Source: a bacterium (GTDB lineage: Bacteria; UBA8248). Taken from it: DNA of 64,000 bases. Below, piece after piece: positions 26,011 through 39,015 of this stretch. Below the pieces are notes generated by a model, which worked only from the letters and a program-made list of their open reading frames with translations, searched no databases and was not told the origin of the DNA. Numbering within the stretch: the stretch's first letter is position 1; every line of letters starts with the position of its first letter. The stretch is taken from assembly GCA_965213685.1 (NCBI GenBank), contig CBDBZY010000064.1, positions 192,001-256,000 of the forward strand. The letters are read 5' to 3'. The position numbers were made by a program, and so were the translations under genes.

Positions 26011-29000
26011 TTAAAATATCTTCATACCTTCGCTCTAAAGGGCCCATACAATACCCTTTTCTGCTAAACGCAGCAAGCATAGCAAGTACCTCTTACGCAC
26101 AAAACCCTCCTCTCCTGAATATTAGGTAAGAACCATAATGAGTAGGGTGATAGACATAGTTTATGGTGTCGTAGTGTCGTTCCAGCCCACTGACTGACAT
26201 TGTGCCTGGTGTGTTCCGCAGTGGACTAGTCACGCACGTTTTGAATCCAGCCCTCCTTCACTCTACGCGGGTTGTGACACAGAGTGTTGGGGTTTCGTCC
26301 TTTAATATCAGCTAGAACTCGCATGTACTTTCCAGGAGCCGCGCGTGGTGGTGCTGCAGAACTGAGGGCGCTTAGCGAGGTGCAAAAGTGTAAGAAAGCG
26401 CTTGGTGGGTAAAGCGTATGTTGCGTTCTATGGTATTACAGTATGCCACATTTTTGCCCCTGTATATTGCATTGTATTTTCGTCCATGTTGCGTACTAAA
26501 TGCCAGTACGTTGCAGCGCGTACGGAGGCACCAAGCACACAAGATTCTACCGGTTTCCGAAAGCAATAGGTGTTGGCAACCAGAGGGCGCGACTGGGCTC
26601 CAACCGAGAGTAGTCTCGCGTAGCCAGACTCTCTCCGCAAGCGAGAGTCTGGTCATGCAGGACTTGTTCCGGACACCCCCCCGGGTGTGGTTGCTGGCCA
26701 CAATGTTATGTAGCGACATTCCTAGCAAGATTCCTAGCAAGACATGCACGCGTAGTAAGCCTCACCTGTGTTGAATTCCACATATGGTTACTTCAAACAA
26801 AATGTTGTTTTCTATTGCACATAACCATCTGTACCTGTTAGTTTTAGCTTTGTAATTAGTATATAAGGTTACACATCCTGTGTTAGCAGATTGCTATTAT
26901 GTGTATCCCTGCATAAATATGCAAAGTATTATTGAAAGCTTCCATTACCAATTTTGACACAGATCACACCCCATAATATTTAGTGTTGCACAGTACATTA
27001 TAAACGTGGTTTTGTACTCTGCGGCGAGGAGGAACGCCAGGTACACACTGATTACATTACGTAATATAATAATTTGTCAATGACGTCTTGCGTTCCATTG
27101 ATGACGTTTACATTTACTACACGTACATGCGGATGTATATAGCGACGGCATAGAGCAGAAGCACTGGAGTTGGTTATGCCGAGGCTTAGTAGCGACTAGC
27201 CTCATACCCAGGCGTTCCGAGGGTGAGTCCGTTATTAGAAATACGAAGTACAATAGCACAATAGCTAGTGACGTACTTCAGTGCAATATAGTCAATAAAT
27301 ATAAGGAATGGACAAGACAGAACAAGGACAGTGAACTAGAGCCAAACATGTAATGCACGTTTAAAAGACAACAATGATGCAGGATGCAGATCCAGAGATG
27401 CATGGTGGGAGACTGTTCCACAGAAGGATGGAATGAGGAACAAAAGAAAACATGAAATAATTGGTAGAGCAATGTACAGGCTGGAGGCACAGTGGAGTAT
27501 TGGTTCTAGTGCTGACACTGGAATTGCGATCAAAGATACCTGATGGGAAGTACATTGAGTCATTAAGTATGGCATAAACAACACATAGCTTCATAATGTG
27601 CCTCCTAGATTGCAAATTTGCAATGTAGGCAAGTTAAGCTCCCTCAACATGGTAGTGTATCATAAGTTCTACTTCTTCAGGCAGATTTTTGCAGCCAGCT
27701 TTGGAGTTTTTTCCAAGTGTTCAATTGAGCCCTTTGTGAAGGGGTCCCATACAATGCAACAGTACTGGGCATATTAATGATGCATATAGTTTCCGGAGAA
27801 CTGTAGTGTTGCAGTGTTTGTAAAACTTGCGGTAGACAAAACCCAGTTTTTGTCTTGTTTTGGAGACCACAGAATGAATATGTGCAGCCCAATTTAGGTT
27901 GTGAGTGATAAGAACACCCAAGTACTTCACTTCAAAGACACGATTTAGTTTAGTTGCATTAACAAACAGGTCGACTGCATGACATTCAGGGTTCTTAGAT
28001 CGTTTGGAGATATAAACATCCACTGACACTTATCTTTAATAAATTTCGGATGGTTACTACTGGACCAGTTTCCAATTAAGTCAATGTCCCTTTGTACAAT
28101 TGCAAAGTCCTCACTGCTGCAAATAGGCCTGGAATAACAGATGTCATCTGCATAGAGTGCAAGAGTGGAATCCTTCGATAGTGGGAGATCACAAATATCA
28201 TCAATGAAAAAGATGAACAACAGCGGACCAAGTATTGACCCTTGAGGCACACCCAATAGAACAGGAAGTAACCTGGATATTGCCTCTCCGATAGCAACTT
28301 GCTTAAATCTACCAGTTAAGTAGTCCTGGAGCCACTGGAACAACAGAGGAGGTAAATCTAGCTTAGAAAGTTTCTGAAACAGTGCCCTATCGAAGGCCTT
28401 TCTTAAGTCAAAAAAGACTGCACATATATCCACACCAGTATGCAACTTTGCATTCCAGCAATGTGTAATGTAAGCTAGAGCAGCGCTAGTGGATTTCCCT
28501 GAGCAGAACCCCCACTGGTTTGGAGAGAGTGGGCACTAGTTGTGCATGAAGTCACGCAGAATATTAAAGATATGTCGTTCTAAAATCTTGCTGATAATGG
28601 GTAGAAGCGTAATTGGACGATAGTTGGATGGCAGCTGAAGATGTTTTCCCTTGGGTATAGGAATAACTTTTCCAACTTTCCACTCCGATGGAATTTTGCC
28701 CATTGCAAGAAAATGTTAAATAGCAGCATTAGTGCTGGCCCAATACACTGGGCAACCAACTGTAACATTTCAACAGTAGTTATTGCAGGTGACTTTTGGG
28801 TTTCAGGGAAGAAATCAGGCACACAACTTCCTCTTCAGAGATGTCAATTAATGATATATCTGAGGTGGAGTCACTCAGATGATGAGATGGAGAATGTTGA
28901 AGAGGAGAATCTGATTTGTTAAGGCTCTCACCAAAGAAAACGTTCAGTACTTCAGCTTTCTCAGCGTCTTCCGACACCAACGTATTATCAGAAACCAGTG

Positions 29001-31694
29001 TAGGAATATGACTTGAAACAGTGTTCGAAGTGTTCACTATTTTCCAAAAACTTCTGAGGATCATTTGCCATTCTGGAGAGGTTACTGAAAAAAACAGCTC
29101 TGGATGACCTAATGAGTTTGACCACTCGATTTCTCATCTCTTTATACTTTTTCCAAGCAGATACACTCTGCGATATCTTGAACTTACGATACAAGTGATC
29201 TCTTTTAATAGCACACATAATATTTTTGTTAATCCAAAGCAAATAACGCCGGCATTGCTGTTTAGCTCGTGGAACACACTGTTGCATTATGTCTAAAAAG
29301 ATCTTTTTCCAGTTTTGCCATGACTCATTTAAATTACTCGTCAAGATTATTTTCCAGTCAGTGTTTCTTATCAATGCACATGCTTTGCCGTAGCCCACAC
29401 TAGTCTCATCAGTTAGACTCTCTAAGAGAAAGAAAGTGGAAGAAAAAGTGGACTCTTGTGGGACTCGAACCTAGGACTCTCAACTTTCTATATTCTGACG
29501 CTCTTCCGACTTCTGACAGCAGGCAAAGTCGATACCATATCCTGACAACAGTCTCTGCTGATCTGCAATGAAGCTCCCTGCTGCCCCAACAGACAAGATG
29601 GTTGTTAAAGTCTAGGGCAACCAACCTAGCCTAGCCTAGTTAGTCTGAGGGGCAGTGGCTGAAGCAGGAGACCCATTAAGGGTCTGTTTTTTTAAAAGTA
29701 TAGACACATGATAACCCCTGGTTGGTGTATGATGGGGGAAAACAAACATGACAAACAAACAGCCTGCCTGCTGGCTGGGCTCTTTAGCTCTGACTCAGTC
29801 GGTAGAATGTCAGCATATAAAGCTGAGATTCGTGGGTTCAGGTCCTGCAGGAGTCCACTTTTTCTTCCACTTTCTTTCCATCACTCAGATGATACGGCAG
29901 TGAGTTTTTCCTCCCTCATACATAACCAGGCTGGGCTGGGTTTGGTTGCCTCAGACTTTATTAACCACTTTGTCGATTGAGGGGTTATCATGTGTCTCTC
30001 TAAGAGAGTCTGACATGTCATAGGGCATTCGTGTTGCTTAGTCAGGCCTGGTGTACTTGTAGTAACCAGAGGAGGTTGGAAGCGGTTACGTGATCGCCCA
30101 AGCCGTGTACATTATGCCCATTGAGAAGAGTTTGACATTATTTCAGGGTGACGAAAGGGAAGCAGACTGTACCATACTACGAAAAATGCTTTCAGGCCAT
30201 CAACCCCTTCCAACCCCTGGGTAATTGGCGAGTTACGGCACAACGCACGACAGAGCTTCAGCAATGTAAACAGGTAGCGCCTAGGGCCAGTGTAGAAGAT
30301 AGCGACGATACCTGCCTGACACGCATAGCTACAGGAGCGCTTTCACAAACCTACCAACTCGGCTGGTATATATGCTAAATATGCTCATTGACGGTATAGT
30401 AATTGTTTATGTGTGGGATTTAAGTCACATGATTTCGTCGCCGCTTCCAACCTCCTGTGTAGTAACTGCCGTTCTAGCACAAACAACGCAAGCGCAGTAA
30501 TGAAAATTACGTAGTAAGCAAGTCAAGTACTAGTACTGTACTATACTAGCCCATCGAGGGTCACGTGATATCGCGCAATGCTGCGCAATGCGCAGTATAC
30601 GCTGGTGTGTTAAATTTATTTTTCTAAGCCTTGAGGCTGTTCTAGTTGTTTTCCAATTTAGATTTTTCTAAGCTTAGAGGCTACTGTATGTCAAAGTTAT
30701 TTTCTAAGCCTAGAGGCTGTGGTGTGATAAATTGCTCTGAGCTATTTTTCTAAGCCTTGAGGCTGTTTTTGTTGTTAATGTCTGTGTCTGTGTATATGTG
30801 AGTTCAAGACAACACTTGGGTGTATGGGAAGAGTTGGCGCCATAAAAGATCTTCAACCCACCGCCCCAGTTCTCAAGGCTGGGCATCCAGGTGTCTTGTG
30901 CTCATTGTGTTACATGTATACGTATAGGGGGTTATGGCCTTAATTCACCTTTCTTTTAACTTTCTTTGACTCTTTCTAGCTGGTGTGCTATGCACATATT
31001 ATTTCATGTACTAAAGGATGAGGATGGCTAAGAGTATCGAAAGAGACGGTAAACATGGCAGGGTCCAGCCTACTCCCAAGGGCTGCTAGCATGCTAAGAG
31101 TGTAGCATCGAGTTCTTGCTTACTGTCACCACACCTTGGTTCTACTCTCACACTGGACGCCTTTTTCACCTGGTCAGTGATTATTCAACTGTCACTGTAA
31201 CTGGATCTCTGTTCAAGAGACTTAGTGTATTCATTTCACTGCATAAGGTCAATTGTATTCCTCTTCGTCTTCACAACATTCCTTCCCTTGAATTACAGCA
31301 CCACAGTGACGTAAGGGTTGGACCTGTAATTTCGGGTGCGGCTTTTTCTCTGCACCTAGCAAGAACGGCCTCGCGAAGCCACGCCTATTAATTTTAGGCT
31401 GGCGTTGTCGCTGATTTGAGAGAGGTTTGAGCAGCGTCTTTCTATTGTACAAAAACGTTAATGTAGCGGGTATGAGTTAGCCAGTTAGACACATGTAGTG
31501 AAGTAGTCACTCTAGCTCAGGACTTTTTGGAGGGGCTCAGCCCCCCAACTTCAAAATGGCGTGATGGTGGTCAAGCTCCTTCCAGTTAAGCCCCTTTCTA
31601 CTCTGTTCCTGATGGGTAGCAGTGGCTGTTATGATTTGTTCGAGGGATTCTGAAAGAAGCTTGCAAGAACAGAATACATTTTAGTGAACTATTG
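26011..31694 (-). repeat. Right arm of large inverted segmental duplication (partner 7001-17330)
   Basis: Lacks insertions 14334-15588 and 16053-16547, most of 8467-10553, and 11358-12249. Confidence 0.9.
27320..29384 (-). mobile_element. Mirror copy of the CR1/L2-group LINE, endonuclease part deleted
   Basis: Reverse complement of 12250-14310. Confidence 0.9.
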
Positions 31695-32045
31695 CCAGGA
31701 AAAAGGATACAAACAAGTATTAAAAACATTTTTTTAAATGTTGAAAGATGTAGGGATGGCTGTGCCAAAAACCACAGAAACTAGGTGTAGGGATGTGCAG
31801 GCAAGACATGTTGTTATACAAAGACTACACAAGTGACCCCATCCCTACATTTTTTGCTTCAAACTGTTGTTCTCAATACCTAATGGCATGCATAGCCAGC
31901 AAAATCATATCAGGTATAAAAAATGATGTAGGGATGGGGTTACTTGTGTAGTCTTTGTATAACATGTCTTGCCTGCACACTGCCATCCCTACACCTAGTT
32001 TCTGTGGTTTTTGGCACAGCTGTCCCTACATCTTTCAAACATGTT
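31370..32045 (+). mobile_element. Older Helitron-like copy (subfamily A), 3' part with fold-back ~31714-32045
   Basis: Homologous to 1163-1870 in reverse; inverted arms with ATGTAGGGATGG motifs. Confidence 0.7.
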
Positions 32046-32920
32046 TCTAGAATTTAGTTCAATGATCAGCACACAACTTGCAGCACAACATACTACTTAT
32101 CCAAAAATTGTGGTGTTTTGTCAAACATATAATATGATTTCTCACAACTTAATTAAAAAGAAGTTGAACAACATACCACTACTAGTGTGGTGACAACTTC
32201 AACCCAAACAATATGACATCAGAATAACTACAGACGTGAAATGTAGTGAAAATGTAAGGCAAATAGAGTCCATGCAAAAATGAAATGATATGCAAGACTA
32301 AATGGAGAGTACTCGCATTTGTAGTGACCGTTTAATAGTCAAAGATATGAACGCATTGTGTATAATGCTTTTTAAAAAGTTCAAAGCATCCAGTTGCTTT
32401 CGTGCTGTTAGCTGTGTGTATGTGTGTACAGACTTAATGAAGTACTGTATACACCCAAAATTGGACACACTTGACAGCAGGCCACAAAGCTAATCTCGCT
32501 GTAAGTATTATCAAAGTCTTCTAGTCTCACTAAGTGTAGCTGTTCTACATACTGAGCTCTCGCAAGGCCTGGCCAGACACTGTAGCTACAGTCCATAATG
32601 TATGCTTACAGTTACATGTACATTGTATGTCATGCTTAATGAACTAAAACCTGTCATTTAGTTTCTCAATCCTCCCACACGTCTTAAGATGAATTTCCTG
32701 CATATTTGCACAGTGTCAAGTGTTAAACAAATGTGCAACTGAGAAAACCAAGGTTAAAATAACCATGGAATTTTTGCAGTGGGCATGTATGTCTTGTGCT
32801 TATACATGGCCCACAGCAAGGCTGTGTTTGTGTATGTGTACCCTGCTTATGTAGAGATCACTTCCTACCATTGTTCCTTCCTTCTGTACTACAGCTACAG
32901 GTGTGTCTCCTCACCAAACT

Positions 32921-34621
32921 ATGAAAGTGGGAGATTTCAGAGTGGCAATAGTAGTAGCGGCAGTGGTAGTGAGTATCTTAGTATCTGTATTGTACAGCAC
33001 ACTAGGAGATATCAATGGCATTACTTCAATGAAAAGAGTAGACAGTAAGAAAGACAAGATTTCAAACACAAGTATGACATCAGCTAATGTGAAGAAACAA
33101 TTTAGATTTCCTATAGAGGACAAAAATTCACAACTTAACAGACACAAGAATCCATTGCAACATCCAAATATTCTGTACTTATTGGCTGATGACCTGGGCT
33201 ATGGTGATGTGGAGTATAATGGAGGAAAGGCTAAGACACCAAATCTCAACCAAATGGCCCAAGGACCAAACAGTGTCCTCCTAACGAGGTTTTATTCGGG
33301 AGGTCCTGTTTGCTCACCAACCAGAGGCACTCTATTGACAGGACGTAACCACAATCGATACTGTATCTGGCACGCAGATCTGGGTAATCCATGTAATGAT
33401 GGCGAATGCCCCTGTTCTATGCCCCTACCTACCTCTGAAGTAACATTGCCTGAACTTCTGAAGAACGAAGGCTACAAAACTGCCATATTTGGGAAATGGC
33501 ATGTTGGTGATTTGAAAGTTATTGAAGGGGGTAACAAGAAGTGGCCTGTGTCCCATCCTGGCATGCATGGTTTTGACCAGTGGTTAGTAACTGAAAGAGA
33601 CACATCCTCAGTGGCACCAAACTGCCGATGCTCAAAACACTTCAGTTGCACTGTTCAGAAGAGATTCTATGGACAAGACGCCTGCAAAGCCTATCACTTC
33701 ATGGATAAAAAGTCCGATAAATTGCAAGCCTACCACGACTCCATAATTGGAGATTCAGATTTTATTGTGGACATGTTTGAGAAATATCTTCAAGAATCGC
33801 ATTCTAGTGAAAATCCCTTTTTTGTTATACTTGCATTTCATGACGTGCATCACCGGTACTATGCTCTTGATCCCTACTACACTATGTACAGAAAACAAGG
33901 TTACTCAGGAGATGTTACCCATTACTATGGAGCTATATCGCAACTGGACCAAGCAATAGGGAGAGTCAGAGGTTTACTGGAAACATATGGCATTAAGAAC
34001 AACACATTTGTGTGGTTCTCAAGTGACAATGGCCCACAGAAAGGCACTCCAGGCTCTACAGCTGGTTTGAGAGGAGAGAAAGGGACAGTGTTTGAAGGTG
34101 GTATTCGAGTGCCTGCAATATTAGAATGGCCAGCAGTGATTAAAGCCAATCGAAAGTCCGATTATCCTGTGGTGACAAATGACCTGCTACCAACTGTGTG
34201 TGATATCCTTGGCATTGATCCTCCTCAAGATCGACCAATAGACGGTATCTCTATTCTGCCATTTCTCAAAGGAGATGTCAATCATCGCAATAGCTCAATT
34301 GCTTTTGCCTTTCACATTAAAAAGGGAGATTTAAACTCATCTTTCAATGGTGCAGTATTACGAGATTCACAAAAACTTGTTGTTAAGTACAATAAAGGAA
34401 ACATACAGAGTGTCAATCTTTATGATGTGGTAGCTGATCCTAAAGAAACAACTGATATATCTGACCAGCACACTGACCTTGTACAAGTGTTGAAACAAGA
34501 GCTAAAAGACTTTCTTAGGTCGGTAAACAAAAGTGCTACAGACATAGGTTGCATATCCATACATGATAGAAGGCCATCAAAGGTGGTTGATAGTAAATGT
34601 AACTGTCATAGAAGGTTTTAG
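32921..34621 (+). CDS. Formylglycine-dependent (S1) sulfatase, arylsulfatase/GALNS-like, N-terminal signal anchor, single coding exon, 566 aa
   Basis: PNILYLLADDLGYGD, CSPTRGTLLTGR, GYKTAIFGKWHVG, HGFD, SSDNG, GEKGTVFEGGIRVP, DGISILP, LYDVVADPKE; intact ORF. Confidence 0.95.
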   Translation: MKVGDFRVAIVVAAVVVSILVSVLYSTLGDINGITSMKRVDSKKDKISNTSMTSANVKKQFRFPIEDKNSQLNRHKNPLQHPNILYLLADDLGYGDVEYNGGKAKTPNLNQMAQGPNSVLLTRFYSGGPVCSPTRGTLLTGRNHNRYCIWHADLGNPCNDGECPCSMPLPTSEVTLPELLKNEGYKTAIFGKWHVGDLKVIEGGNKKWPVSHPGMHGFDQWLVTERDTSSVAPNCRCSKHFSCTVQKRFYGQDACKAYHFMDKKSDKLQAYHDSIIGDSDFIVDMFEKYLQESHSSENPFFVILAFHDVHHRYYALDPYYTMYRKQGYSGDVTHYYGAISQLDQAIGRVRGLLETYGIKNNTFVWFSSDNGPQKGTPGSTAGLRGEKGTVFEGGIRVPAILEWPAVIKANRKSDYPVVTNDLLPTVCDILGIDPPQDRPIDGISILPFLKGDVNHRNSSIAFAFHIKKGDLNSSFNGAVLRDSQKLVVKYNKGNIQSVNLYDVVADPKETTDISDQHTDLVQVLKQELKDFLRSVNKSATDIGCISIHDRRPSKVVDSKCNCHRRF

Positions 34622-35441
34622 ATAATTATTGTGCCTTTATGTATACTTTGATGTGAGGTACTTATTATTCAAATGTCCAGTGCTGAACATACCGCCTGCT
34701 GCATATGCATATCATACGTATAGCTCTCCCTTAACATGATAGGAGGGATGGTTAGTTTTAACCGCGGAATGGATATATATATATATAAAGTATAAAAACT
34801 TTTTCAAAAAATGTAGAGGGATGTAGGGATGGCAGTGCCAAAAACTACAGAAACTAGGTGTAGGGATGGCAGTGGGCAGGCAAGACATGTTATACAAAGA
34901 CTACACAAGTAACCCTATCCCTACATCTTTTTTTTATACCTGAAATCATTCTGCGAGTTATGCTACAAGATTACTGGGAAGAGCAATTCTGAGCTAGAAA
35001 AAAAAAAGATGTAGGGATGGGGTTACTTGTGTAGTCTTTGTATAACATGTCTTGCCTGCCCACTGCCATCCCTACACCTAGTTTCTGTAGTTTTTGGCAC
35101 TGCCATCCCTACATCCCTCTACATTTTTTGAAAATGTTTTTATACTTGTTTGCAACCTTTTTTTGCCCAAGGGTAACATGAAAAATTATATTTTTCTTGC
35201 CACTGATGCTTCTTTCAGAGTCGAGCAAACAAATCGGTGATCATAACAGCCGTTGTTACCCGTCAGGAACTGAGGGGGAGGGGCTGGAACACCATCACTT
35301 CTGGAGTTGGGGGGCTGAGACCCTCTGAAAATTCCTGAGCTAGAGTAGCTACCTCACCGTATCTAACTGGCCAACTCATACCCGCTACATTAATAGTATA
35401 GTGAAGTAAGACGCTGCTCGAACACGCCACTTTCAGCGACT

Positions 35442-36271
35442 TATATCTTACACTTATATCGTGATCTTGGGGTCATTCTAACGAGCAACCTGAGCTGGAA
35501 TGAACACTACAAGCATTTACTGTCTAATGCATACATAATCTTAAGTCTCATTCGACGCACTTTTATCGCCACTCATTTCCCTCAAAACAAGAGAACTCTA
35601 TACCTTCTACTGGTTCGTTCACGACTGATGTACTGCTCTCCTGTTTGGAGACCTCAATTTATTAAGGATATAAAAGTCATTGAGAGGGTGCAGAGACGAG
35701 CCACAAAGTTCATCCTTGATGATTATGGATCAGACTACAAGAGTCATCTGACTAGCCTCAATGATGCAATTTGAACTCAATGACATTATTTTCTTTGTGA
35801 GCTCTCTAAAGAACCCAACTGCCTCATTCAATATTCGGAACCATGTTATATTCTGTAGTAGCACCACAAGGTCCTCTTATGCTCTTAAACTGCAACATCC
35901 AAAGTCACCATCTAATTTATCTCGCCATTTTTTCTTCAATCGACTACCAAGGCTCTGGAACTCCTTACCCATCATAGACTTGAGCCTCTCTGTCTCTTCC
36001 ATTAAAAAACTCCTGAGACTTTTTTTCTGGGACCATTTTGTTCATAATTTTCATCCTGACAATCCTTGTACTTACCACTTTATATGTCCATGTAGCAGAT
36101 ATTCCTCATCCCCTATCATCACTAATTTTAGTACACTACATAACACTGGCCATTAATCAACTGGATTAATGGACCATCAGTGCAGCTGTCTTTGTATCAC
36201 CTGTACATGTATTCATTTATTGTGTATCCTGCACTGTAAAGCATAATAATAATAATAATAATAATAATAAT
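35442..36271 (+). mobile_element. 5'-truncated CR1-like LINE 3' end with (TAA)n tail, flanked by 137-bp direct repeats
   Basis: DLGV..SNLSW, LVRS.L.YCSPVW, IERVQRRATKF, FFNRLPRLWNSLP; repeats 35305-35441 and 36272-36408. Confidence 0.88.
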
Positions 36272-36681
36272 AGTTGGGGGGCTGAGACCCTCTAAAAATT
36301 CCTGAGCTAGAGTAGCTACCTCACCGTATCTAACTGGCCAACTCATACCCGCTACATTAATAGTATAGTGAAGTAAGACGCTGCTCGAAAACGCCACTTT
36401 CAGCGACTACAACGGCCATTGCAACCTAAAATTAATAGGCGTGGCTTCGTGAGGCCCGCCCTCACGTGCTAACCGTTTGCGCCACGTGACGATAACTATT
36501 ACAAAATGGTTTCCAAATATGGGAAGTTGTCCGAGACTTCTAGTTTCTGCCCATTTGGAAAGGTACTAAGAGTTTTATTAGCGCAGATCGTACTTGGTAG
36601 TGATTACAGTGGATCCGTGAAAGAACTACGATGATTACTTCAGCCAGTTTTGAGGTACGTTAGTCTAAACAAATCTCTTAA

Positions 36682-37359
36682 GGGAGGGCGAGTCATGATT
36701 GCGTTCTTCGTCAATTACTCTACCGTCGCTTTCCCCCTACTTTTACCAACGCTAAAACGACAGCAATTCTTTGGCGCGGTTGCAAATTCGCTGGGAAAAA
36801 ATTCATATTTCCCGCTACCGTTGGACGTGCAGCGCTGTGTCTTGTATTACGTCATAACTAAAATTCAAAGTTGTCCGGACAATATACGGAAAACCAACGT
36901 GGTACTGACAAACGATTCCGAATCCTGTTTTAAATTTAGGGGGAGTATCCAACCGGTGAAGAGGTGGATGCTCGCCAAAGTGGAGTGAACTAGTTTATGC
37001 GCAATGGGTTGCTCGAGGCTTGGCTTGCTACTTTATGGCAGAATTTGCTACCGTTTTTCTAAATTCTGCAGCACGAAGAAAATGATTATATGTCTAGAAA
37101 GAAAGATTTAGCACGGATTTTTAAAGCAAACGTAGATAGCCAACATGCTTAGTAATCATCCACCGAAGTTTCGTCTCTGCAGCATTAGCCGTTATTGGCG
37201 AATTTCTTTTTCTATAATTAGCGATATGCATATTGCGTAAATTTATAATTCTATGAACCGACATATCACGCAAAACTACGTTATTTCGCTAACAGGCATC
37301 ATTAGGAGAATACAATAAAACATAAATCAGGCAAAATCATGTCTTAGGGTCGTCCTGCC
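36682..37359 (+). mobile_element. Monomeric TTAA Kolobok-like element at the same site as the dimer, with a ~110 bp internal insertion
   Basis: TTAA|GGGAGGGCG...CGTCCTGCC|TTAA. Confidence 0.8.
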
Positions 37360-37556
37360 TTAAGAAGAAGAAGAATAGGAAGAAAGACAAAACGACCTTT
37401 GGAGAGTTTTCTGGTAGTAAGTCAAGAGATGCATTTTAGCTACTTGAGGGGTATTGTTGGGTAGAGAACCACAGGAATAGAATAGCTAGGGGCCCAGAAA
37501 GGCTTAGAACGCGAGCGTTCGCAAGTTAAGAAGGCTTTCCTATGTACACGCACTAG

Positions 37557-37985
37557 ATATAACACCCTGTATTTCTTGCCTTCCATATGCACGTGAGCCT
37601 GAGATCCGCCCCCTAGGCTGGCTAGCCTTGTAAATATGTGCTTCCCCTTATCCTGCCGCTAATAAGTACCAAGCTTCGGCTTGGTCTCCAAAGCAGACAC
37701 AGGAATTCGAACTCTACCCTCAGGCCTCCTCCTTGGCAGAGTGGTTATGCGTTCCGTCTGGTAAACGGATGAACGTGGGTTCGAATCCCACAGTGGGAGC
37801 CTGGTTTTTTCCGGCGAGGAAAACTGGTGTCTGCTACGGATACGGAGCAGGAGTGGCCTTAGGTTCACAAAAACAGAGCATTCATGCCTAGTAGATTTAA
37901 ATATAACACCATGCATTTCTTGCCTTCCATATGCACGTGAGCCTGAGGCCTGCCCCCTAGGCTGGCTAGCCTTATAAATTTGTGC
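37557..37985 (+). mobile_element. tRNA-like core (37727-37799, anticodon GGT) between 85-bp direct repeats
   Basis: Repeats at 37557-37641 and 37901-37985; D arm GCA/TGC, anticodon arm TCCGT-CTGGTAA-ACGGA, T arm GTGGG-TTCGAAT-CCCAC, imperfect acceptor stem. Confidence 0.7.
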
Positions 37986-38793
37986 ACACAGGTGGACCTA
38001 CAGCATTGGAGGCTTCTGATGTAGTACCTCCAGATGTAAGAAAGGTGGACAACTTCTTCTCAAGGTCCGTAACAGCAGAGGTGAGATCAAGCAGTGACCT
38101 TGTGTTGTCCTGTACCTGCTCTGACACAGGGTCAAGACTCAGGGATGGTATCTTAGGGAGCTCTGTGGCTTCACAATAAATAGGAGGGACTGAGCTCTTT
38201 ACATCTAATGCATCAAAAGCAGCCAAAATATCTTCTAGATCTGCATCTATCTGCTCCCTTTTATCAGAGCCACGCCTCTGATGATACACAAGGCCAGCAC
38301 CCTTCAGTTCTTCCTTGCACGACTCCCAGAGCAACCTTTTGGAATGCTCAACGGCAGACTGATCAAACCTCTCCGCCACAATGGAAGATAGGCTGGTCTT
38401 GTCACCTCGTAAACGGAATGCCTTGATAAAGGCCAAAACTACAACAATCAACATTGTACTCTCAGCCTGCATAGCAACATCTGATGTGATAGGTGCTGAG
38501 GGTGTCTCAGCAGAAGTACACACAAGGTTGTAGTCACTAAGAGGGCGACCACCATGAAAGAGTGAAGACTTCCACTTCTTTGCAGACTTTCCACCCAATC
38601 TTTCAAACTCTAAAGGTGTAATCCATTTAGAAGCACTCAAAACACACTGACCAACACGCTTAGCCCACTCCTTAGGCAACCGATCAATATACAACTGACC
38701 ACTCACACTGCCACACTCAACTGAGATATATGAACCATTGCGATCACTCTCAATTCTAGGCAATAACAACGAACCCGTCTGAGACATAGCCAT
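37986..38793 (-). pseudogene. SAND-domain protein fused to a LINE ORF1-like domain and coiled coil; 3'-truncated
   Basis: SVECGSVSGQL..QCVL..KWITPLEFERLGGKSAKKWKSSL..GRPL matches SAND; then LAFIK..SKRLLW..RRGS..DLEDIL..PPIYC..LPKIP; no introns. Confidence 0.7.
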
Positions 38794-39015
38794 CCAAACA
38801 ACAACACAGGACTCACTTCGCACGTGCAGCATGCGTTAATAGGTCCACCATGGGAGACGACAGGACAGTAGAAACCCACGCGAACGGACGGACACGGAGA
38901 CAGAGACGATGACTGACTTCCTCGAGTTTGCTAGCTGGACGAAGGGCGAGAGTCGGCCGCGACAGTAGACAGCCACACTAAGATCAAGCACTTTAGCAAT
39001 ATCTTACACATTGTA

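Larger units (their letters stand above)
34788..37555 (-). mobile_element. Helitron-like element, subfamily A, with nested LINE fragment and TTAA element; 5' tip missing
   Basis: Collinear with 1163-3446; fold-back ~34788-35147. Confidence 0.82.

Noticed and set aside
37727-37799. Functional tRNA-Thr gene (likewise the cores at 10885-10964 and 11231-11293)
   Set aside because: Mismatched acceptor or damaged arms, atypical anticodon, embedded in repeat units; treated as tRNA-derived.
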